A stretch of DNA of 64,000 nucleotides, from the NCBI GenBank assembly GCA_008080735.1, contig SHMW01000003.1:1-64000 (forward strand). The letters run 5' to 3'. Source of the DNA: Promethearchaeota archaeon (GTDB taxonomy: Archaea > Asgardarchaeota > Lokiarchaeia > Sigyniarchaeales > SOKP01). Both the position numbers and the translations under genes were made by a program. Under the pieces are notes generated by a model, which did not search any database, had not been told where the DNA came from, and was given only the letters and a program-made list of their open reading frames with translations. This document shows positions 21,901-30,550 of this stretch, piece after piece. Positions within the stretch are counted from its first letter, which is position 1. Each line of letters opens with the position of its first letter.

Positions 21901-22254
21901 TTTGCCACGGAAGATACTGCCCGCACGCTGAAAGAAAATGGAATCACAGCAGTACGACTCTATAAGGTTCATGAATATGGAAAAGAACCTAACATAATGC
22001 GCTGTCTCCAAGATGGTCGTATTGATATGGTCATCAATATTCCACTTCCTACTACAAAGGAGGAAAAATTCCGCCGTATTATTAAAGATGAGTATGAGAT
22101 TCGAAGGATGGCGGTTGATTACAACATCCCCGTAATAATAAACTTACAACTCGCAGAAGCCATCATTGATGCTATTGATAAAGTGCGTACAAAAGAATTA
22201 ACGGTAAAATCTTTGGACGAGTACCACGAGAATTTGGATGAAATTTATTGGTAG
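18943..22254 (+). CDS. carB: Carbamoyl-phosphate synthase large subunit, copy 2
   Basis: 1103 aa paralog of copy 1 with the ATP-grasp motifs retained. Confidence 0.96.
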   Translation: [1103 protein letters not shown]

Positions 22255-22453
22255 AATTCTTTTATAATTCTTAATTTTATGCACCTATTTTATTTTAACA
22301 TAAATTCTGTTTCTGTATCTCAAACTGAAAACTTTAACTAAATCTTGAATCAATGAATTCACAATCGAGTCAAATTTTAAATACCACAAAAATTAAAATT
22401 ATATTATCTAATCTAAACAACAACGAACTTATTAAAAAAAACAGTGGGAAAAG

Positions 22454-22918
22454 ATGGTTGATCTTAACGAAAAGGCTTGGTTAGTAGCATTAATCGGAGG
22501 AGTATTGACATTAGTCGCTATATTAACCCCTTTCTCTTAGGGAATTGTTCCTGAAGGCTTCATTGGATGGTGGATGCTCGGTTTTGTAATATCTACTACT
22601 GATGGTTTTGAACTTGGTTTTACAAGCAACATAGAAATAATTATTGGTGGTGTAATTTTTGCTATCATATTACTTGTATTCGGAATTCTAATAATAATTG
22701 CCAGCATTCGAGCTAAATCAAGTTTTAATAAAACCAATGCTTATATATGGATGATAAGCGGAATTGTATTATTCTTCTTTACGACAGTCTTAATAATAGT
22801 CATTTTAGTTTTAGTTGATTATTATATTCTAGGATATATGATTGGACCGGCACTCATAATTCCATATATTGGAGCTATTCTTGCTTTATTGCCAGGAATT
22901 GTTAAAATTCGGGAATAA
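22454..22918 (+). pseudogene. Membrane protein interrupted by an in-frame TAG at 22538-22540
   Basis: ATG 22454 reads MVDLNEKAWLVALIGGVLTLVAILTPFS*GIVPEGFIGWWM, in frame with the 22574-22918 ORF. Confidence 0.6.
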
Positions 22919-22941
22919 TTAGAATTCAAAATTATTTTTTT

Positions 22942-24177
22942 TTATCCCCTAAATTGGAATCTATAAAGGAACATAACCACATAATTAATATACAGCAAAA
23001 AGATGAGAGAAATACCAATATAAACTAATCTTTTGTAAATTTTGTATTCGAGAAGCTTTTTAAGACCTTTACGATTACTTTTACGTAGATTTACAACTAA
23101 ATAAAAGGAATTATATGTCCAGAATCCAAAAAATAAAGAGATTGGGAAGATATGATTCAGAGGTAATCCAATAATTCCTACAGTAACTCCTGTTTCATAA
23201 TCTAAAATCACCATAGGACCGCCCATCGCATTTCCAGAGATCACCCGACCATCATCGAGCAAGTCGGCTTCATATGGATTTAAAAACCATGGAGATCTAA
23301 TTTCTTTTATAAAGCTTTGGGAAATCATATCATATACTAATAGTCTATTATTTTCGGAATCTGTGATTAATCTACGGTCCCCATCTATTTCATCGCAATC
23401 TCGAACATTTCTAAATTTTCCATTAGGAAAGTTCAGCCTTAATTCCCAAACTATCTCTTTGGTGGAAGTATTAATTTCTATGATTCTATCATTTCCAGAA
23501 TCACATATCACAGTATTTCCACTGTTATATCTATCAGGGTTATGTTGATGTCTCAGTATATTTGGGTTTTCTGGATCTCCATACCACCAGAGGATTTCTT
23601 TCGTGTCAGTGTAGTTTACTTCTAACACCATATTAAATCGATTCAAGGAAATTAGAAGTGAATCATAATCACGACCAAATTTAGTTCCATTGATAAAATC
23701 CACATCATTCAAATGAGTCCAAACAAACGGAGTATAGCGATCTTTCAGATAAGAAAGGTCTTTTCCGAGCTTTTCTTGACCAAATTTAGTCCAATTTATA
23801 TCATTCTCGTTAAGAGCATCCCAAGACCATACAATATTGGAAGGATCATTTATATCTATCTCTATGACTCTATCTTGGGTAGTATCTGCTATGAGAACAT
23901 TCCCGTTGGGTAAGAGGTCGCTATCATGGGCAAATATGCCATTTTTATTAGTTTCCCATTTTATCTCTCCTTGTTCCGAGACTATTTTTACATTATGGGA
24001 AACGCTTGTGATTAAAAAACAGTTTTCAAATTCTCCACTCTCAATATAATCCACATCCAGAGGGTCATAGACCGACACAAAATTGGGTAAAATAAAATAT
24101 GTGAATATAAATATCAGTAGATATAAGCTTATCACTAGTTCTATTAAATTTATTTTTTTTATCTTCAAGATAATCAT
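22942..24177 (-). CDS. Membrane-anchored arylsulfotransferase-like beta-propeller protein
   Basis: HDSDLLPNGN, THLNDVD, HQHNPDR and repeated 'I.DS.N.R..E' blades; N- and C-terminal TM segments. Confidence 0.72.
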   Translation of the reverse strand: MIILKIKKINLIELVISLYLLIFIFTYFILPNFVSVYDPLDVDYIESGEFENCFLITSVSHNVKIVSEQGEIKWETNKNGIFAHDSDLLPNGNVLIADTTQDRVIEIDINDPSNIVWSWDALNENDINWTKFGQEKLGKDLSYLKDRYTPFVWTHLNDVDFINGTKFGRDYDSLLISLNRFNMVLEVNYTDTKEILWWYGDPENPNILRHQHNPDRYNSGNTVICDSGNDRIIEINTSTKEIVWELRLNFPNGKFRNVRDCDEIDGDRRLITDSENNRLLVYDMISQSFIKEIRSPWFLNPYEADLLDDGRVISGNAMGGPMVILDYETGVTVGIIGLPLNHIFPISLFFGFWTYNSFYLVVNLRKSNRKGLKKLLEYKIYKRLVYIGISLIFLLYINYVVMFLYRFQFRG

Positions 24178-24186
24178 TTTTCTCCG

Positions 24187-24531
24187 TTATATATTTAGAT
24201 AATAAAGAATTGAAGAACTAAGAATAAAAACAACAAAAAAGAGTAAAAAATGTTCTAAACTGTATTTCCATAAAGATTTATTGGAAAAAAGTTCATTTTC
24301 CAATCTATTTTTTATTAAAATGAGGATAAAATTGATAAGCAAATGAGAAATGAGAAAATATCCGAGAATCAGAAAAGGTATCGACAAAGCTAATAATAAT
24401 ATATTACCTATGCGATTGAAAAATGAAAACCAAAATCTCATGTAGAAATAGTATAGGATACCCAAAAAAATTCCAAATACGATTTTAATCCAAAATACAA
24501 TTTCTAATTCTATCCTCTCACATTTTTTCAT
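24187..24531 (-). CDS. Small hypothetical membrane protein
   Basis: 114 aa, 3 TM helices, co-oriented between nadE and the ASST-like gene. Confidence 0.6.
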   Translation of the reverse strand: MKKCERIELEIVFWIKIVFGIFLGILYYFYMRFWFSFFNRIGNILLLALSIPFLILGYFLISHLLINFILILIKNRLENELFSNKSLWKYSLEHFLLFFVVFILSSSILYYLNI

Positions 24532-24585
24532 ATAATCAATTAGCCATTCTACTTTAAATGTATTAATAAATGGAATGAAATTCTA

Positions 24586-26235
24586 TTAAAATTTTATTCT
24601 CTTCAGTACGGGATACCTACGTCCAATCCCGAACGCACTCGGACTAACTTTAATTGTTTGAACTAATTGCCGCCGCTTAAACTCAGAATTCAAATATAAA
24701 CGTCTTACTTTTAAAATTGTCTCTGGCTTAATTCCTTCTTTTTGTAAATGCTCTAATTCTGCGCCAATCCCATATTCAATGATCTCTCTTAGAATTGTAT
24801 CCAAAATCTCATAAGGGGGTAACGAGTCACTGTCCTTCTGATCCTCTCTTAATTCTGCTGTAGGAGGTCGTGTAATTATGTTTTCCGGAATAATTTCTTT
24901 CTTCCTATTAATCCACGTACAGATATCATAAATCTGAACTTTTAATAAATCCCCGGGGACATTTTTCCCCCCATTCGTGTCGCCATAGAGGGTACAATAG
25001 CCTACCCCTATTTCAGATTTATTTCCTGTAGACACTAATAACCAATTAAACTTATTAGAATAATACATTAGTATCGTGGCACGTATGCGGGCTTGAAGAT
25101 TTTCATCAGCAATATCAAAAGGTAGATCTCCCAAATTTTTGTTAATGGAAATCTCGTATGATTGAAATAAATCATCAATTGGATGGATATAATAATTCAT
25201 GCTTAAATTTTCGCATAATTCTTTGGCATTATCGAGACTTTGTTGAGATGTATATCTTGTGGGAAGCATGATACAATTGACTTTTTCTGCTCCCAATGCT
25301 TCAGCACAGATATACGCAGTGAATGCGGAATCTATGCCCCCGCTTAGTCCTAAGACAACGCCATCAAATATATTGCTTTTGTGAAAATAATCAAATAAGT
25401 TGAGTTTTAAGGCTTCAACAACCTCCTCTTTCCAATTAATTTCACTAGATGTAATCCCTTGTCCATTGGAATGTTCAAAATCTAAAAAATATTCTGCAAT
25501 CTCTTCTTGGAACGCTTTTGCTTTGAACATAATTTTTCCAGCAGTATTTACAATAAAACTTTGCCCATCATAAACGATTTCGTCAAGTCCACCAACCATA
25601 TTTACGTAGATTATTGGAACGGACAACTTCTGAGCTTTTTCCCCAAGTAGGTTTTTTCTTAATTCAAACTTACCTATATGATAAGGAGAGGCGTTAATTA
25701 CTATAAGGAATTCTGCACCGTTTTCAACAAGCTTATTGGCAACTTTATCTTCATAATAATTATCCCAGATATCCTCACAAATTAAGATCCCAACCTGTTT
25801 ATCTTTAATTTCAATCGGTTGATATTTATCATCAAATGAAAAATATCTCCGTTCATCAAATACATCATAATTGGGCAAGAGACGCTTGTTTTCTATATAT
25901 ACAATATTTTTATTTTCCATAATAATCGCAGAATTGTAAAAGTGTTGTATTTTACCCTTTAATCCCTCTGGTTCTGTGAAAGTTCCTAATATTACAGTTG
26001 GTTGAGATGTTGTTTCCATTATTTCATTGATCGCTTCTTTATTTCGTTTCCGGATTATTGGATCTAATATATGATCCATAAGGGGGTAGCCGACCAAAGC
26101 CATTTCTGGGAAAATAATAATATCTGTTTCTCTATTTTCTCTTATTATATTTAGGATTTTCTCTTTGTTATAGCCTATATCACCTACAATGGGATTAATT
26201 TGACATAGAAGCAATTTTAGTTTCTTTTCGTACAT
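24586..26235 (-). CDS. nadE: Glutamine-dependent NAD+ synthetase
   Basis: Nitrilase domain (FPEM, K..LPNY, ICEDIW) plus GLSGGIDS, NLQARIR and TGNKSE. Confidence 0.95.
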   Translation of the reverse strand: MYEKKLKLLLCQINPIVGDIGYNKEKILNIIRENRETDIIIFPEMALVGYPLMDHILDPIIRKRNKEAINEIMETTSQPTVILGTFTEPEGLKGKIQHFYNSAIIMENKNIVYIENKRLLPNYDVFDERRYFSFDDKYQPIEIKDKQVGILICEDIWDNYYEDKVANKLVENGAEFLIVINASPYHIGKFELRKNLLGEKAQKLSVPIIYVNMVGGLDEIVYDGQSFIVNTAGKIMFKAKAFQEEIAEYFLDFEHSNGQGITSSEINWKEEVVEALKLNLFDYFHKSNIFDGVVLGLSGGIDSAFTAYICAEALGAEKVNCIMLPTRYTSQQSLDNAKELCENLSMNYYIHPIDDLFQSYEISINKNLGDLPFDIADENLQARIRATILMYYSNKFNWLLVSTGNKSEIGVGYCTLYGDTNGGKNVPGDLLKVQIYDICTWINRKKEIIPENIITRPPTAELREDQKDSDSLPPYEILDTILREIIEYGIGAELEHLQKEGIKPETILKVRRLYLNSEFKRRQLVQTIKVSPSAFGIGRRYPVLKRIKF

Positions 26236-26330
26236 CTTGCGGGGTCCTTCTTCATTATTTTCTACTCTCGTATTTATGCTTTAATTTCTTCTCTAATTAA
26301 ATCTTCCTTTTTTTTAGCATAATTTTTTGT

Positions 26331-26370
26331 AAAATATCATAAAATATCATAAACTTTCATAAAATTTCTA
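26331..26370. repeat. Four phased 10-bp direct repeats in the nadE / kaiC-amt-glnK divergent region
   Basis: AAAATATCAT AAAATATCAT AAACTTTCAT AAAATTTCTA. Confidence 0.55.
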
Positions 26371-26510
26371 AATATTCTCCTAAGGTTGATTTAAAAGTAA
26401 GAAATAGTATTAATCTTTCTCAATTTCCCTTTTATATCATTTTACTCTACATAACTCAAATTTAAACAAAAAAATTGAATAGAAATTAAGCAAAAATAAA
26501 AAATGAAAAA

Positions 26511-27296
26511 ATGAAAAAATCAAAAAGAATACATGAACTGGAACCTGAATATGAAAAAGCTCTGAGATCTAAAAATATAGAATGGGTCGACATCGGAGTA
26601 AAAGGGTTAGACTCTTTCATCCCAGGATTGCCAAAAGGAGATGCGATCTTAGTAAGAGGAGAGCCGGGAACTGGTAAAACGATTATGTGCCTACAGTTTA
26701 TGTACAAGGGAATAGAAAATGGAGAAACAGTAGTATATATTACCACAGAAGAGACTCCTCAGACTATTATGCGTACGGGTGCTGAGTTATGGGAAGACTT
26801 CCCCCAACTAGTTGAACAAAAACGCTTCGTGATAATCAACCTTTCTATTGATGCGAGTTATGCTAGTGAATATAGTTTAATAAACAAAGGAGAGGCGATG
26901 GCAATAATTTTGAAAGTTCTCGAAACCCTTCCAGATGTCTCGAGAATTGTAGTTGATTCCTTATCAGCATTAGAACGTAGATTGGCAGATCAATCCGAAT
27001 TTCGAGAAGTATTTATGAAATTGCTACTGGAAACCAAAAAACGAGGAGCTACAACGATTCTTACAGCAGAAGGAATACCTCCAAGACCTGACATTACAGA
27101 ATATCTAGTAGACCACTTAATTTATCTTGATTATCAGAAACATGATGTTATCTGGACCAGAGTATTTGTTTTACGTAAATCCAGAAGTGTTCCTTTAAAA
27201 CCTCAGATATTGAAATTGAACATCGAAACAGAAGGGCTTTCAGTTGAGGAAATTCCGATTTCATTAAAACCCGTGTGGTTTGCAAGTAAATTATGA
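26511..27296 (+). CDS. Single-domain KaiC/RAD55-like RecA-fold ATPase
   Basis: Walker A GEPGTGKT, YITTEE, Walker B VVDSLS and KSR arginine-finger region. Confidence 0.88.
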   Translation: MKKSKRIHELEPEYEKALRSKNIEWVDIGVKGLDSFIPGLPKGDAILVRGEPGTGKTIMCLQFMYKGIENGETVVYITTEETPQTIMRTGAELWEDFPQLVEQKRFVIINLSIDASYASEYSLINKGEAMAIILKVLETLPDVSRIVVDSLSALERRLADQSEFREVFMKLLLETKKRGATTILTAEGIPPRPDITEYLVDHLIYLDYQKHDVIWTRVFVLRKSRSVPLKPQILKLNIETEGLSVEEIPISLKPVWFASKL

Positions 27297-27309
27297 GGTG
27301 TTGTTAAAA

Positions 27310-28614
27310 ATGGGAGACGAAGATTATTTTGGAGCGTTCCAACAAGCATTTCTTGTAGGATGGGCTCCAGTGGCAATCTTTATAATGGCGACTGCTGGTT
27401 TCGGATTTCTTTACGCTGGAATGGTCCGTAAAAAAAATGTGACTCATACGATTATAATGATCAACGTGGGATGGACATTGGCATTTTTTATCTATTTCCT
27501 CATTGGATATCCTTTAGCTTATTATTCAGATCATCCGATTCTGGGTTTACCGCAATGGATACCTACCATTAGCAATCCCTTGCCTCCGATTCTTTCAGAT
27601 GGGGCTTATGGAATTGATGGCAGCCCAAGTGGTTTAGGAGATATGGCTTTATGGTTTAAAATGTCGATGTTTATGATCACATGTCTGGCTATTGTTCCTG
27701 GAGGGACTGCAGAACGAGATAAACTATTAGGCTGGGTCATCGCAGCTGCTGTAATAGCTGCATTCATTTACCCCCTAATCGAGCACTGGGTATGGGGCGG
27801 AGGATGGCTTTCTACGTTAGGCTATATTGACTATGCGGGATCTAGTGTGGTACATCTGACGGGCGGGATGCTGGGTTTAATGGCATCATATGTGATTGGC
27901 CCCCGTATTGGCAAATTCGTTGGAAGTGATAAATCGCCACGTACATTTTTTGGACATAGCATTCCATGGTCAGTTTTAGGAGCTTGGTTGCTAGTTTTTG
28001 GATGGTTTGGATTTAATATTGGTTCAAGTACAGCAGCAGACCCAGAGACCATCAACATCGAATTAGCATGGGTTTCGATTACGACTGCGATGTGTATGGC
28101 TGGAGGATTATTTGGTGCCGCGCTAACCTCGAGAGGCCACGTGTTGACAAGTATGATGGGTTTACTATCTGGAGCAGTTGCTATTTGTTCAGGTGCTCAT
28201 ATCGTACATCCGATCTGGGCGTTTATTATTGGTATAGTAGCGGGTATTATAACGACTTTTGCCTATGGATTCCTAGAGCATGTGCTAAAAGTTGATGATG
28301 CGCTTGCCGTATTTCCTGTACATGGAGCTTGCGGCGTTTGGGGTGTAATAGCGACTGGAATTTTCGGACCAAAAGTTCTATTTGCCCATCCTATCTATGG
28401 ATTTGAACTCAGTGAATGGGGCTCAATTTTTCTCATTCAATTAATTGGAGTTGGTACCATCCTTGCCACCGTGGCAGGATTAGGTTTTGTATTATTTTTC
28501 CTACTAAACAAAGCTAATCTAATGAGAGTTTCAAAAGATCAAGAACTTTTTGGACTGGATATCTCGGTGCATAAAACCTATGCCTATCCCGAAGATATGA
28601 TGGACAAAGACTAA
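27310..28614 (+). CDS. amt: Ammonium transporter (Amt)
   Basis: DYAGSSVVH, WFGFN, DDAL..FPVHG (twin His) and GLD. Likely start ATG 27310, preceded by GAGGTG. Confidence 0.95.
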   Translation: MGDEDYFGAFQQAFLVGWAPVAIFIMATAGFGFLYAGMVRKKNVTHTIIMINVGWTLAFFIYFLIGYPLAYYSDHPILGLPQWIPTISNPLPPILSDGAYGIDGSPSGLGDMALWFKMSMFMITCLAIVPGGTAERDKLLGWVIAAAVIAAFIYPLIEHWVWGGGWLSTLGYIDYAGSSVVHLTGGMLGLMASYVIGPRIGKFVGSDKSPRTFFGHSIPWSVLGAWLLVFGWFGFNIGSSTAADPETINIELAWVSITTAMCMAGGLFGAALTSRGHVLTSMMGLLSGAVAICSGAHIVHPIWAFIIGIVAGIITTFAYGFLEHVLKVDDALAVFPVHGACGVWGVIATGIFGPKVLFAHPIYGFELSEWGSIFLIQLIGVGTILATVAGLGFVLFFLLNKANLMRVSKDQELFGLDISVHKTYAYPEDMMDKD

Positions 28615-28631
28615 TAATTGGAGGAGTTTAT

Positions 28632-28970
28632 ATGAAAAAAATTGAAGCCATAATCAGAAATGAGAAATTGAATTTTGTCAAGAAAGCTTTAGCTGAAGCT
28701 GGATTTTCTGCATTGACAACATATGAAGTGAAAGGACGAGGTAAACAAACTGGTATTATACAAGTATTAAATGGTACAAAAGTATATGCTGATCTTCTCC
28801 CTAAAACCAAAATCGATATAGTGATTCCAACAAAAGATACGGAAAAAGTTATTTCAATAATAATGGAAAACTCGAGGACAGGAAATATTGGTGACGGGAA
28901 GATATTTATCTCAAATGTGGAAAGTGTGGTAAGAGTTCGGGATGGAGAAAGGGGTAAAGAAATCGTTTAA
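28632..28970 (+). CDS. glnK: PII nitrogen regulatory protein
   Basis: MKKIEAIIR, VKGRGKQ, TGNIGDGKIF and RVRDGE; directly downstream of amt with a GGAGG RBS. Confidence 0.93.
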   Translation: MKKIEAIIRNEKLNFVKKALAEAGFSALTTYEVKGRGKQTGIIQVLNGTKVYADLLPKTKIDIVIPTKDTEKVISIIMENSRTGNIGDGKIFISNVESVVRVRDGERGKEIV

Positions 28971-29036
28971 GAAATTATAAATCTTTTTTTTCTTTTAAAG
29001 ACGAAAATGTCTATGGAATTAGAATCTTGATAAAAT

Positions 29037-29609
29037 TTATAAGAATTCTGCACCATCGCTAATGCTAATTCTAAGTTTTGAAAAATCTTCTTTTATTTCA
29101 ATATCTATTCCAATTCCATCGAAAACTTCTTCTAAAAAAATTTTTATAAACTGTTTTGGAATATTTGAGCCGAGCAGTAAAGTATATCTTGTGGGAGATT
29201 CTTTTATCATTTTAAAAAAATTACATGATTCTAATCTGAATAAAATTTCTTCAAGATTTGATATTTTATGAATAAATTCTTCAGCATGGGCTTTAGCAAT
29301 TTCCCGATGAGATAACCAAAATTTCTCCTTTTCAGGTGAATTGTTAATGAAGTCTAGAAATGAAAGATAATGATCTAGATCTAAAATAAGGTGCTCTCCT
29401 TTTGCTAGCATATCTAAGTAAATACTAATTCTATTATTGAACTGCTCATTTAAAGTTCCTTTTCCAATGACTTGCCTATTTTTATGAAAAAATTTAAGAG
29501 ATTGTCTCAATATGTCAGATTGGGAAATCTTTAGTTCCTCTTTCAATTTTTGCAGAACTTGATATGTTTCCTCATCCAAGGCGACAGTTACTCTGTGAAT
29601 CTTTTTCAT
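29037..29609 (-). CDS. Ribbon-helix-helix (CopG-like) transcriptional regulator with C-terminal domain
   Basis: N-terminal RVTVALDEE...ISQSDILRQSL RHH pattern. Confidence 0.8.
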   Translation of the reverse strand: MKKIHRVTVALDEETYQVLQKLKEELKISQSDILRQSLKFFHKNRQVIGKGTLNEQFNNRISIYLDMLAKGEHLILDLDHYLSFLDFINNSPEKEKFWLSHREIAKAHAEEFIHKISNLEEILFRLESCNFFKMIKESPTRYTLLLGSNIPKQFIKIFLEEVFDGIGIDIEIKEDFSKLRISISDGAEFL

Positions 29610-30120
29610 TTTATTGAAATTGCTGGGATCATACTTAATAATCTTTATAATTATATTATAGATTGATTATTATATCTTAAAGCTTTTGCTATATTAGTTA
29701 TATTCCTTTTTATTATAGTCTATATCTCCCAAAATAGGATTTGATTATGCTAAAAATAATTCTTATTTTCTTCCCGCCATTTTCTTAACATCTACCAATT
29801 CATTGAGACTAGTTTGATAATTAATCTTAATTAATTCTATTAATTCTTGAATTTCTTCTTTTATAAAATCTCTTTTGGTTAAAAGAGTTAGGATTTCTAG
29901 GAAAAAATTTATAATAAAAAATAAGTACCTAAACATAATTAAAATCCTGAAATAGATTAAAGAAAAAAGTAAAGAAAATGTACTCATATTTTTTTTTATA
30001 TTTTGTAAGTAAAAGTAGCCAAATATTTCATTAATCTATATAAATACCTTTAAAATTCAATATGAATAACTTAAAACTATAAGCAAACTATATTTATAAA
30101 GTAAATTTCTTTCATAAAGG

Positions 30121-30336
30121 GTGGGAAACATGAAGGATCATTCTGTAAAAAATCTGAAGCATAGGTTAGAGATGAATATATTGTTCAATTCCGAACGAGA
30201 TTATTTTGATGAAGTGGAGCATAATATCGAATTTGATACTTTCCAACAAGATAAAGAATGGGATAAAAAAATTTCCGAGGATGAATTAAGAGGATTCAAC
30301 CAAGAAAACTGGTTTGAAGGAGATTACGAGATTTAA
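30121..30336 (+). CDS. Small acidic hypothetical protein
   Basis: 71 aa ORF after a TATA-like TTTATAAA at about 30093. Confidence 0.5.
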   Translation: MGNMKDHSVKNLKHRLEMNILFNSERDYFDEVEHNIEFDTFQQDKEWDKKISEDELRGFNQENWFEGDYEI

Positions 30337-30550
30337 CCATTAAAAGTGCGATTTTGGAAGGATTATATAAATTCTCTCCTTTCTTTTTATTCGAAAAAGC
30401 ATAAAGAATAACTAATTGTTAGCTTATGCTCTACTTTAACAAATGATGCCCTTGTAAGAAAAACTCAGCAGTCCATGGTTTTTCTAATAGTTGAGAGAAA
30501 CAAATTATATAAATTCAAACACAATATCCACACTAAATAATCATTATTAG

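Noticed and set aside
14351-22254. carB duplication as an assembly artefact or recent gene conversion
   Set aside because: Even identical peptide stretches differ at synonymous positions throughout.
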